A DNA stretch of 64,000 nt from an uncultured Dehalococcoidia bacterium (GTDB lineage: Bacteria; Chloroflexota; Dehalococcoidia; Lucifugimonadales; G958296245). The position numbers and the translations under genes were made by a program. Below, one piece after another: positions 8,493 to 16,859 of the stretch. Below the pieces are notes generated by a model, which did not search any database, had not been told where the DNA came from, and saw only the letters and a program-made list of their open reading frames with translations. The stretch covers positions 1,786,197 through 1,850,196 of the forward strand of contig OY282458.1 in assembly GCA_958296245.1 (NCBI GenBank), written 5' to 3'. Numbering within the stretch: position 1 is the first letter of the stretch; every line of letters starts with the position of its first letter.

Positions 8493-10184
8493 CTATAACG
8501 CCTTTGCCGTAATGACCGAGCTTACGGACCCCGCGGCGGTTACGTCTATCAGCCCGAAACCTGCTTGAGCAAGGATGCGCCTGAACTGCTCCTCCGTGCG
8601 TTCGGCGCCCTGGGTCATGACGAGCATGTTCAAGTCCAGCAGGCCTCCCCTGCCGGCCGCGTCGTCCAGGACCATCTCTATCACGTAGAGCGTGGACCCC
8701 GTGGGCATGGCTTCCCGGGCGCGCCTCAGAATACGCAGAGCATCACGGTCAGGCCAGTCGTGCAGCACCCTCGCCATGATGACGGCGTCTGACGTAACGG
8801 GCCATTCCTGGAATAGGTCTCCTGCCACGAACCTGCACCGCCCCTCAAGGTCTGCGGGCGGTCGGGCGTCGTGGACCACCTCCACCCTGTCCATGACCGT
8901 TGCCTTCAGATCAGGGCAGGAACGCAGCAGCGCGAACACCAGCTCTCCGGTGCTGCCTCCAGCATCCAGGACGCTGTCGTGGGCGGTGAAGTCCACCGAG
9001 CCGGCGAGGTCTCCGTAGTCGTGTCTCGCGTATGCGGCCATAGCCGAATGATAGGCTTGGAGGTCGGCGGGCCTGTCCTGCATCCAGTCGAAGAAATTCT
9101 TGCCGCGCAACCTCTCAAAGCCGGACTCCCCGGTCCGGAGCGACCGAACAATCCCGGACCACGATTCGTAAGACTCTTTGCCCCAGTGCCGGGCCGCGTC
9201 CGCAAGTGAGAACGGGTGACTTCGCGTGAGGAGCGCTCCGCGGTCGGTCGGATGGAAGACACCCCGGGCGTCCCGCCGTACGAGACCCAGTTCCATGAGG
9301 GCTCTCATCAATCTGATCCCGACCGACCTGCCCAGTTGGACCCGTCGCTCTATCTCTTCCGCGGATGCGGGCAGGCGCTCGAACACACCCAGCGCCTCGG
9401 CAGCATGGACCGTCTGAGTTCGCCAGAGGCCGACCATATCGCCCGATAGCTGTTCGAGATGCGATTGCGGCGGCTGTCCGAGTTCCAACAGCGTCTGCCC
9501 TGACTCGTCGATGACGGCCAGGGACCCGTCGAATCTCTCTACCCGGGCCTGTCCGTTGTAGAACGGTTCCACGCTTCTGAACCGTTCCCCGTACAGAGGC
9601 TCTCCGACCGCGTCCACGTGGTGCCAGCCGTTCAAGTCGCGGGCGCGGGCGTACCGCTTGTGAAACACGTCCAAGTCCTGGAACCATCTGCCGTGCACCT
9701 GATTTCCGGAAGAGTCTATGTGAGTGAGTTTGCCGTCTTCGCGCTGAACGGCGGCGCACCCGTCCTTGAAGTCCCCGGCATACCGGTACCGCTCGCCGTA
9801 CGCGGGCGCGCCGCCGCTCCCGATATGGAAGTAGCCGCCTCCCGGCAGTCGGACTGCGCAGCGCCCCTCCTGGAAGTTGCCGCACCATGCGTACCGCTCT
9901 CCGTACAGGGGAGCCCCATCCGGGAGGATGTGGGACCATCCGTCCTCGGAATGGACGGCTGCGCGGCCGTCGTAGAATCCGAATGTCCGAATGTAGCGCC
10001 GTTCGTAGGCAGGCAGGCCGTCGGGGGTTATGTGGTATGCGCCGCACCCGCCAAGTACGGGCGCGAGTCCAGGTCCGCGGAACTTCAGAACTTCCTGAAA
10101 CCTTGGCTTGTATGCAGGCCGCCCCTGATATACGTGGTGGGATGAGTCTGCGGATATCTCGTACTTCCGCCACCGGTCTTTCAT
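8493..10184 (-). CDS. WG-repeat domain fused to a class I SAM-dependent O-methyltransferase (Methyltransf_2/COMT-like)
   Basis: The N-terminal about 230 aa contains repeated [FY].DG.A.V...DGW.HI...G motifs (WG/KWG-type repeats). The C-terminal half has a winged-helix dimerisation region, the SAM motif VLDAGGSTGE and ARVLHDWPD, typical of plant-type OMTs. Confidence 0.8.
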   Translation of the reverse strand: MKDRWRKYEISADSSHHVYQGRPAYKPRFQEVLKFRGPGLAPVLGGCGAYHITPDGLPAYERRYIRTFGFYDGRAAVHSEDGWSHILPDGAPLYGERYAWCGNFQEGRCAVRLPGGGYFHIGSGGAPAYGERYRYAGDFKDGCAAVQREDGKLTHIDSSGNQVHGRWFQDLDVFHKRYARARDLNGWHHVDAVGEPLYGERFRSVEPFYNGQARVERFDGSLAVIDESGQTLLELGQPPQSHLEQLSGDMVGLWRTQTVHAAEALGVFERLPASAEEIERRVQLGRSVGIRLMRALMELGLVRRDARGVFHPTDRGALLTRSHPFSLADAARHWGKESYESWSGIVRSLRTGESGFERLRGKNFFDWMQDRPADLQAYHSAMAAYARHDYGDLAGSVDFTAHDSVLDAGGSTGELVFALLRSCPDLKATVMDRVEVVHDARPPADLEGRCRFVAGDLFQEWPVTSDAVIMARVLHDWPDRDALRILRRAREAMPTGSTLYVIEMVLDDAAGRGGLLDLNMLVMTQGAERTEEQFRRILAQAGFGLIDVTAAGSVSSVITAKAL

Positions 10185-11272
10185 GAGTTGTCAGGCCGCC
10201 TCATGTTGCAGTTCCGGCACAGGGCGTTCTTCAAGTAGTCGGCCTGAAGGTCCCTGTATTGCGCACTCTCCCAGATGTCGTACAGGCTGGTGTCGTTTAC
10301 GTTGCCGAAGTCGCCGAGCGTCCTGCGCAGCGCGTCCGGGGCGCAGCACGGGTTGAACCTGCCGTCGGAGGCCACCCACGCTTCCTGCCCGAGAAACGGG
10401 CACACGCCGTTGGGGGCTATGTCCCCGCCGCCGTTCTCATCGAGCCTGAAAATGTTCTCCAACAGTACGCGCCCGCCGCTCGGCAGCCTGTAGCGCCTGG
10501 CCGCATCGTACGCCGAATCTACGATGGCGTTCCAACGGGCGATGGCCTCCGGGCTTCTCCGCATGGACTGGAGGCGCATCCGGTTGAAGTGGACCCATAG
10601 ATGGTGCCCCTTTACTCTGTCCACGCCGAGGCCGGCGGCCAGCATCACGACGTCGGGCAGTTCGGATACGTTGATTTCCATGAACGTCAACTGGAACGTT
10701 ACGCGGCAGCGATTACCGCCGCGCGCAGAGTGGGCGTCTCTGACGCTGATGAACGTCCGAACGTTTTCGAGAACGGTCTCCCACTTCGATCCGAGCATGA
10801 CGTTCTCGTGGGTCGCCTTGGTTGCGCCGTTCCAGGACACCTTCACGTCGGAGGCGACAGGCACGATCCGCTCGGCCCACGCCCTGGCTCCGTGCTTGGG
10901 GAAGGTCCCGTTGGTCGTCAGGTTGAGCTTGACTCCGTACTGCGCGCAGAGGTCCAAAATTTCGTCGAAGCGCCGGTAGAGCAGGGGCTCGCCCATGGTC
11001 GAAGGTATGATCTCGCGCAGGCCGGAGCCCTCGGACTCCTCCATAACGCGGCGAATCAGATCGACGTCCATGCGGCGTTTGGGAAGGTGGGCGCGCCGCC
11101 TGTCAATCTGGGTCGTGCTGTAGGGCGAATGGTCCTCGCACATGATGCAGTGTAGATTGCAGTCGTCGGGGTTGGTGTCGAACGTGATCCGCCATGGGCC
11201 CGTCCGCCCAGGGGCTGCCGGGGTTGACTGCGCTTCGGGGTGTGTCTTCCGTTCGACTGCGGCTTCGCTCAC
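10181..11272 (-). CDS. radical SAM enzyme with C-terminal SPASM/twitch-like Cys cluster
   Basis: CNLHCIMC (CxxxCxxC) near the N-terminus. C-terminal Cys motifs are CPFLGQEAWVASDGRFNPCC and CRNCN. The GTG start overlaps the upstream stop (GTGA), and its stop overlaps the next start (ATGA). Confidence 0.85.
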   Translation of the reverse strand: MSEAAVERKTHPEAQSTPAAPGRTGPWRITFDTNPDDCNLHCIMCEDHSPYSTTQIDRRRAHLPKRRMDVDLIRRVMEESEGSGLREIIPSTMGEPLLYRRFDEILDLCAQYGVKLNLTTNGTFPKHGARAWAERIVPVASDVKVSWNGATKATHENVMLGSKWETVLENVRTFISVRDAHSARGGNRCRVTFQLTFMEINVSELPDVVMLAAGLGVDRVKGHHLWVHFNRMRLQSMRRSPEAIARWNAIVDSAYDAARRYRLPSGGRVLLENIFRLDENGGGDIAPNGVCPFLGQEAWVASDGRFNPCCAPDALRRTLGDFGNVNDTSLYDIWESAQYRDLQADYLKNALCRNCNMRRPDNS

Positions 11273-12612
11273 TGTTCCTTTCTCCGGCTTATCAAGCTGG
11301 CGTAGATCCGCTCCACCGAAAGAGAATGCTCCGTCATGTCCGGGACGTTCCCGTCAGCGGACTGCACGTATCCCCTTCCACCCAGCCGCCTTGCAAGTTG
11401 CGGATCGTCGGCCAGTCTCTGCATCTGCCCAGTCAGGGATTGCGTGTCGCGGTGTGTGAAGAGGAGGCCGTTCCGTTCGTGGCGTACGTATTCGGCCATC
11501 CCGCCGTATTCGGCGGTTATCACCGGAACTCTGGCCTGCAGCGCCTCGTGAATGACGAGCGGCGAGTTCTCCGCCCAGATCGAAGGCACCACGATTGCGT
11601 CGCAAAGGTTGAACACGTCGGAAACGATGTCCTGGTTTCTGTACTCCCCCATCCACTCGATGCGGCTGCCAGCGGAGTCAGGCAGGCTTTGCGCCAGCGC
11701 TTTCAGAGCCTTGGTCTCGACGCCCCGGTCGCGCCCCCAGATTCGCAGCATCGGGCTGCCGGACACTCTGCCAAAGGACGAAATGAGGTGGTTCGTTCCC
11801 TTTGCCGGTATATGCGTCCCGATGTAGCCGAACGTGAACGACTCACCTTGCCCCCTGCTTCGGCCCTCCAGACGCTGCCGGTGGAAGCCGTAATCGAGGT
11901 ACGTCAGCTTGCGGTCCGGGATTCCAAAGTCGTCTCTGAATCTCCGCAGAAGATACGTGGACGGCGCTATGAACAAATCGACCGCGCCGCATACCTCCCG
12001 AACGTGGCCCATGCGCCGGCCCACCCAGCCCGTCCAGTAGTCGGCGTCCGTATCGTACTGCTCCTCATTGCCCGAGAAGTAGCGCGGGTAACAGCGGACG
12101 GCGCACTTCCTGTCGTCCTGACCGTCACAGACGGCCCAGACGTCCGAAGGGTCTTGGGGATACATTTGAATGAACTGGCCCCTTGGGCACATCAACCAGT
12201 AGTCGTGCAGTGTGAACACCACCGGAATCCGCCGCGCGCGCGCCTCGAACACCAGGGAAGTGGATAAGTGGTTCAGGTGTCCGACGTGGACCACTTCCGG
12301 GCGGATCCTGTCCAGCAGGCAGGCGAAGGCGCTGTCCGCGGCAGCGTGTCGATATCGGGCTGCCGTCCTCGCCATGTTGATTACGTGGAGGGTGATTCGA
12401 GCGTCGGACGGGTCTGTTTCCCGCTGCTCGGCATACTCGGGAAGGAATGCGTTTTCCTGCCTTGTGAAGACGTGCACCTCGTGGCGTTCGGCAAGCGCCT
12501 GCGCCAGACCCTGCGTGTACACTTCGGAGCCTGCGTTGTACCGCATCGGGTAGCCGTGGATTACCTGTAGTATCTTCACTGCCTCATCCCGTTGCGCCGA
12601 AGGCGTTGGCAT
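11269..12612 (-). CDS. glycosyltransferase family 4 (GT-B, Glycos_transf_1)
   Basis: N-terminal KILQVIHGYPMRYNAGSEVYTQGLAQAL and C-terminal VVPSIWAENSPLVIHEALQARVPVI (E-x7-E region). The start is set to ATG 12612 (AAGGG upstream); the track start at 12684 lacks an SD. Confidence 0.85.
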   Translation of the reverse strand: MPTPSAQRDEAVKILQVIHGYPMRYNAGSEVYTQGLAQALAERHEVHVFTRQENAFLPEYAEQRETDPSDARITLHVINMARTAARYRHAAADSAFACLLDRIRPEVVHVGHLNHLSTSLVFEARARRIPVVFTLHDYWLMCPRGQFIQMYPQDPSDVWAVCDGQDDRKCAVRCYPRYFSGNEEQYDTDADYWTGWVGRRMGHVREVCGAVDLFIAPSTYLLRRFRDDFGIPDRKLTYLDYGFHRQRLEGRSRGQGESFTFGYIGTHIPAKGTNHLISSFGRVSGSPMLRIWGRDRGVETKALKALAQSLPDSAGSRIEWMGEYRNQDIVSDVFNLCDAIVVPSIWAENSPLVIHEALQARVPVITAEYGGMAEYVRHERNGLLFTHRDTQSLTGQMQRLADDPQLARRLGGRGYVQSADGNVPDMTEHSLSVERIYASLISRRKEQ

Positions 12613-12823
12613 AGCCGCAGGCCCTTGTGAATAACGGCCTGCAAAGACCAAAGCAACTGCCGTGCAGGATGCCGCTCTCCCCATGCTGCGCCTGGTCCGG
12701 CAGGGTGTACTGAGGAGCGGGGCCTCGTTGGTGTATGAGGCTGCCCCGCAGATACGGTCCCCTTCCCTTCCTGAACAGCAAGGGGCTTGAAGGAATGGTC
12801 AAGAAGGATCCTTCGGCAGCCGG

Positions 12824-12931
12824 CTAGAGGAGGGCGGCGATCAGAATCCCGGCGGCCAATACGGCCCCAAAGGCGTATGAGCCGACTATGAAGGCCATGG
12901 CCCACATGAGGCCAAGCGTCATCCTCTTCAT
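12824..12931 (-). CDS. unannotated small ORF: 35-aa hydrophobic (single-TM) peptide
   Basis: ATG at 12931 preceded by GGAGGAGATGGAGAT. It translates to MKRMTLGLMWAMAFIVGSYAFGAVLAAGILIAALL* and lies between the aminotransferase and the GT4 gene on the same strand. It is below the ORF-track length cutoff. Confidence 0.4.
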   Translation of the reverse strand: MKRMTLGLMWAMAFIVGSYAFGAVLAAGILIAALL

Positions 12932-12988
12932 ATCTCCATCTCCTCCCATTCCCGGGCCCGACGCCGGGGCGTGCGGCGGCAGGGGTCG

Positions 12989-14155
12989 TCAGCGCCTGGC
13001 CCGTACCATATCCTCGATCCGCTCCAGCGCCCGCCTGATGTTCTCCTCCGAGTTGGCGAACGAGAAGCGCACACAGCCGGAGCCGTACTCACCGAAGGAC
13101 TCCCCCGCGAGGCAGGCGACGCCGTAATCGCGCAGCAGAGTATCCGCGAACCCGAGGCTGGTCATGCCCGTACCCTCGACGTTCGGGAAGGCGTAGAAAG
13201 CCCCGGCGGGCATCGGGCACCTGATGCCCGGTATATCGTTCAGCCCGCCGACGAAGATGTCGCGGCGCCTGCGGAACTCGGCAACCATGTCGTTAGGGGC
13301 GTCCTGGGGGCCGTCGAGGGCCTCGATGGCCGCCATCTGGGTGGCGGAGGCCGTACACGAGACGCTATTGGTCGCCAGGCGGGATATGGGCTCGACAAGC
13401 TCGGTCGGCATGACGCCGTAGCCAATGCGCCAGCCGGTCATGGCGTAGGTCTTGGAGAAGCCGTCTAGGATTATGGTGCGGTCGCGCATCCCGGGGAAGC
13501 TCGCGATGCTGTGGTGTTCGCCCTCGTAGAGGAAGCGGACGTATATCTCGTCGGACAGCACCGTGATGCCGTGCTCCACGGCGAGCTCGGCAAGCCGCTC
13601 GAGGTCGCCCCTTCCGATAACGCTGCCGCATGGATTGTTGGGGGAGTTGAGCACCATGAGCTTGGTCTTCGGGGTAATCTGTCCGGCCACTTCGTCCACG
13701 TCGATCCTGAAGTCCCTCGAGGTCAGAAGCTTGATGGGCGACGGAACGCCCCCTACGAACTTGATCATCGACTCGTAGATCGGGAACCCGGGATTCGGGT
13801 ACAGCACCTCATCGCCTTGGTCCACCAGCGCCAGGATGGCGAAGAACATGATGGGCTTGGCGCCGGGCGTGACAACGACGTTGTCGCCGGAAACGGATAT
13901 TCCCCGCGTCGCCGCAACCTCCTCGGCTATTCGCTCCCGCACCTCCGGCAGGCCGGGAGAGGGCCCATAGTGGGTGTATCCGCCCATGAGGGCTTTGCTG
14001 CCGGCTTCTATGATGTTCGCGGGCGTGTCGAAGTCCGGCTCGCCTATCTCGAGGTGGATCACGTCCATCCCCTCGGCCTCCAGGCGGCGGGCCTTGGCGA
14101 GCACCTCGAAGGCGGTTTCGGTGCCCAGGAGGCTCATCCGCTTGGCCAGCTTCAT
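12989..14155 (-). CDS. pyridoxal-phosphate-dependent aminotransferase, class I (aspartate aminotransferase-like)
   Basis: 388 aa with the SKTYAMTGWRIGY PLP-lysine motif, NPNNPCG and the overall AspC-family layout. Confidence 0.9.
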   Translation of the reverse strand: MKLAKRMSLLGTETAFEVLAKARRLEAEGMDVIHLEIGEPDFDTPANIIEAGSKALMGGYTHYGPSPGLPEVRERIAEEVAATRGISVSGDNVVVTPGAKPIMFFAILALVDQGDEVLYPNPGFPIYESMIKFVGGVPSPIKLLTSRDFRIDVDEVAGQITPKTKLMVLNSPNNPCGSVIGRGDLERLAELAVEHGITVLSDEIYVRFLYEGEHHSIASFPGMRDRTIILDGFSKTYAMTGWRIGYGVMPTELVEPISRLATNSVSCTASATQMAAIEALDGPQDAPNDMVAEFRRRRDIFVGGLNDIPGIRCPMPAGAFYAFPNVEGTGMTSLGFADTLLRDYGVACLAGESFGEYGSGCVRFSFANSEENIRRALERIEDMVRARR

Positions 14156-14222
14156 CCCCAGCTCCTCTTGGTATTGAACTCGAACGTAGTATACAACGGC
14201 GTAGAGTTGGCGTTACGTATAG

Positions 14223-14255
14223 AGAAAGGGGCCGACATTACGCCGACCCCTTTCT
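14223..14255 (-). terminator. stem-loop downstream of the collagen-like gene (possible terminator)
   Basis: Perfect 9-bp stem AGAAAGGGG/CCCCTTTCT with a 15-nt loop, 68 nt after the stop at 14323. No clear U-tract follows, so this is weak. Confidence 0.3.
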
Positions 14256-14322
14256 GATTTGCCCATGCAGGCCGCCCCTGCCTACGCCGCCGGCAGAGAC
14301 TCTATCCGGTCCTCAACTGCGG

Positions 14323-15552
14323 CTAGTTGACTTTCGCGCAGATGACGTATACCTGAAGGGACCAGTTGCCTTCTTGGCTCCCTACCTCAACCGCGCCAGC
14401 GGTCCAACTCGTGGGAGGATTCCCTTCTCCCACTCCAGACGGGTACGAGGAGGCTATAGCTACAGCCCCGCCGCCTCCAAGGACTTGCGCCCCGCCGCCT
14501 ATTGCGGAGAGCGGCTCGCCGCTTGCAGTCGAGCAGTCGACGGACACTTCCTTACTAGCCGAGCTGTCGCTATCGGTATTCTTGGTGAAGATCGCGAGGC
14601 CGCTGATTCCAGGCTCGCCCTGGATCCCCTGCGGGCCGTGAGGCCCCTGGATGCCTTGGGGTCCCGCAGGCCCACGCGGCCCTGCCCCGCCTTGAAGCCC
14701 TTCAGCCCCAATCGGACCCTGAGGCCCTGGAGGCCCTGGAGGCCCCTGCTCACCCGAGTCGCCTCTCGGCCCCTGCGGACCAGGCGGCCCCTGCGGCCCC
14801 GTAGGACCCTGAATGCCCTGCGTACCTTGCAGGCCGGTGTCGCCCTTCTCTCCGCGGTCACCAATAGGCCCCTGAGGCCCGGCAGGCCCCTGAGGTCCTT
14901 CAGGCCCCTCTGGTCCTCCGGGGTCTCCTTTAGGCCCCTGACCGCCCTGCGGCCCCGCTGGACCCTCTGGCCCCGCCGGTCCCACTGGACCCTCTGGCCC
15001 CGCCGGACCCTCTGGCCCTCCGGGATCTCCCTTAGGACCCTCTGGCCCCGCCGGACCCTCTGGCCCCGCTGGCCCTAATGGCCCCGCCGGCCCTAATGGC
15101 CCTGCCGGCCCCGCCGGTCCTGCTGGCCCCTCAGGTCCCGTTGATCCCGTTGGTCCCGTTGGTCCCGCTGACCCCGTTGGTCCTGCTGGTCCCGCCGGTC
15201 CCGCCGGCCCCTCCGGTCCCACGTCGCCCCGGTCACCCATAGGGCCTTGGGGTCCCGGACCCCCAGTGGGCCCCGCGGGCCCCGGGGGTCCACTGGGTCC
15301 TATGCGACCTTGCGGGCCCTCCACGCCTTGAGGTCCCTGTAGGCCAACGTCGCCTTGGATGCCTGGCGGCCCCTGAGAACCGACGTCGCCCTTAAGACCC
15401 TGCGGACCTGTACTACCTGTAGGCCCATCGGGTCCCTGAGGGCCGCGTGCCCCCTGGGGCCCCGTCTCTCCGGCACAGGCAGAAACCAAGAAGAGGACGC
15501 CGAACAATAGAGCCGTGACGCCTAACTGCTTCCAAACAGAACCGATGGACAT
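14323..15552 (-). CDS. collagen-like triple-helix repeat lipoprotein with globular C-terminal domain
   Basis: Signal peptide plus lipobox (LFLVSAC), then G-X-Y triplets over roughly three quarters of the 409 aa, then a non-repetitive C-terminal domain of about 90 aa with two Cys. AAGGAG lies 8 nt upstream of the ATG. Confidence 0.85.
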   Translation of the reverse strand: MSIGSVWKQLGVTALLFGVLFLVSACAGETGPQGARGPQGPDGPTGSTGPQGLKGDVGSQGPPGIQGDVGLQGPQGVEGPQGRIGPSGPPGPAGPTGGPGPQGPMGDRGDVGPEGPAGPAGPAGPTGSAGPTGPTGSTGPEGPAGPAGPAGPLGPAGPLGPAGPEGPAGPEGPKGDPGGPEGPAGPEGPVGPAGPEGPAGPQGGQGPKGDPGGPEGPEGPQGPAGPQGPIGDRGEKGDTGLQGTQGIQGPTGPQGPPGPQGPRGDSGEQGPPGPPGPQGPIGAEGLQGGAGPRGPAGPQGIQGPHGPQGIQGEPGISGLAIFTKNTDSDSSASKEVSVDCSTASGEPLSAIGGGAQVLGGGGAVAIASSYPSGVGEGNPPTSWTAGAVEVGSQEGNWSLQVYVICAKVN

Positions 15553-15609
15553 CCAACTGTCTCCTTACCCCTGACCTTAATAAACCATGCTTTAAGAACT
15601 GACATCCTC

Positions 15610-15638
15610 ACTTTAATGACCTAAAGTCCTCTAGTCAA
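15610..15638 (-). promoter_or_regulatory. sigma70-like promoter of the collagen-like gene (TTGACT-17-TAAAGT)
   Basis: Read on the minus strand: TTGACT (15638-15633), a 17-nt spacer, then TAAAGT (15615-10). It lies about 55 nt upstream of the ATG in a locally AT-rich intergenic region. Confidence 0.45.
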
Positions 15639-15642
15639 GCTT

Positions 15643-15682
15643 TTGGCCTAGCATTTTTATAGTTGGCCTAGCATTTTTATAG
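15643..15682. repeat. perfect tandem duplication of a 20-bp AT-rich unit (TTGGCCTAGCATTTTTATAG x2)
   Basis: 15643-15662 equals 15663-15682 exactly. It lies immediately upstream of the -35 of the collagen-like gene promoter, in the divergent region shared with ispH. Confidence 0.9.
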
Positions 15683-15803
15683 AACGTGGTACATCTGGAA
15701 ATGTGCAACATCCTGTAGGTGATAGCCAGGCATACCCAAGAAGTAGGGCTCCGCTCTCCCTGACACCGCTTCCAACGAGTCGCTGAGGCTGCGCCCGCGG
15801 GTG

Positions 15804-15812
15804 TGGTAGAAT
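15804..15812 (+). promoter_or_regulatory. extended -10 element (TGGTAGAAT) upstream of ispH
   Basis: TGn plus TAGAAT about 20 nt upstream of the ispH ATG. This implies a very short leader, and no obvious -35 is present. Confidence 0.3.
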
Positions 15813-15831
15813 CCAAGCTGAATCGGCAGTC

Positions 15832-16740
15832 ATGAAGGTATTCTTAGGCCAACCCAGAGGTTTCTGCGCAGGCGTCGTTCGCGGCATAGACATCGTCGAG
15901 CTGGCTATCGAGCGGTTCGGCGCGCCGGTATACGTCAAGCATCAGATCGTTCACAACTCCCACGTGGTCGAGTCTCTGAGGAGAAAGGGCGCGGTAACCA
16001 TCGAGGAGATCGACGAGGCCCCGGACGGCGCCATCGTCGTTTTCTCCGCCCACGGCTCCCCTCCGGAAGACTTCGAAAGGGCTGAGCGCAGGGGGGTGAT
16101 GGTCATAGACGCCACGTGCCCGTTGGTAACGAAGGTGCATAATGAGGCGCGCCGCTACTCAGGCGAGGGCAGGAACCTGATCCTAGTCGGCCACAGGGGC
16201 CACCAGGAAGTCAAAGGCACAATGGGGCATCGCCCGATGCACTTGGTGGACGACCGCGAGGATCTCGACCTGCCCGATTGGGACCGTGACGAGCCGGTGA
16301 CCGTTCTGACTCAGACGACTCTGTCCGTGGACGATACGCAGCGTTCCGTCGACGAGATCAAGTCTCGCTTCTCGGACGTGGTGGTGCGCAACGACCTATG
16401 CTACGCCACCACGAACAGGCAGCTCGTGGTCAAGAGGTTGTGCGACGTGGCCGACGTCATCCTGGTCGTAGGCTCGGCGAACAGCTCCAACTGCAACAGG
16501 CTGCGAGAGACGGCAGAGGCGCAGGGCGTTACGGCGTACCTGATAGACGGCCCCGACGACCTCTCCCCGGAGTGGATCGAGGGAGTGGAGAACGTCGGGA
16601 TCACCTCTGGAGCATCGACCCCGGAACAGCTTGTGGGGGCCGTAGTGGACGCGATCAACCCTAGCGAGGTGGTGCGGGTCCAAGGCGCCCAAGAAGACGT
16701 GAACTTCGTGCTGCCCCCGGGGCTCCGGTCAACGGCGTAG
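15832..16740 (+). CDS. ispH: 4-hydroxy-3-methylbut-2-enyl diphosphate reductase
   Basis: MKVFLGQPRGFCAGVVRGIDIVE... with the three conserved Cys contexts (FCAGV, ATCPLV, ATTNRQ region) typical of IspH/LytB. Confidence 0.95.
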   Translation: MKVFLGQPRGFCAGVVRGIDIVELAIERFGAPVYVKHQIVHNSHVVESLRRKGAVTIEEIDEAPDGAIVVFSAHGSPPEDFERAERRGVMVIDATCPLVTKVHNEARRYSGEGRNLILVGHRGHQEVKGTMGHRPMHLVDDREDLDLPDWDRDEPVTVLTQTTLSVDDTQRSVDEIKSRFSDVVVRNDLCYATTNRQLVVKRLCDVADVILVVGSANSSNCNRLRETAEAQGVTAYLIDGPDDLSPEWIEGVENVGITSGASTPEQLVGAVVDAINPSEVVRVQGAQEDVNFVLPPGLRSTA

Positions 16741-16859
16741 GCGATCCGGGGACAGATGCGCCCGACGCTATAGCTGCGGGGCGCAGTCCCCGCCGACCGG
16801 CGCGGCAGGCCGCGAATGGGCAGGCGGGGCGGCCGATGCCGCCTCAGGGCTAACCGAGC

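Noticed and set aside
9115-10173. 352-aa alternate-frame ORF on the same strand inside the WG-repeat methyltransferase gene
   Set aside because: It is extremely Arg/Pro/Gly-rich, whereas the annotated frame carries the repeat and SAM-binding motifs.
11194-12267. 357-aa plus-strand ORF
   Set aside because: It is antisense to the GT4 glycosyltransferase, which has clear family motifs.
12576-12905. 109-aa and 72-aa minus-strand ORFs upstream of the GT4 gene
   Set aside because: They have poor composition and no SD, and they overlap the better-supported GT start region. The 35-codon smORF in another frame has the strong SD.
14374-15293. ORFs in the other frames and strand across the collagen-like gene (for example 14374..15078 +, 14499..14864 -, 15093..15293 -)
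   Set aside because: They are by-products of the GGN-CCN repeat DNA. Only the G-X-Y frame has a signal peptide, an SD and a non-repetitive terminal domain. I also considered and rejected a CRISPR or DGR interpretation of these repeats, because there are no unique spacers and no reverse transcriptase.
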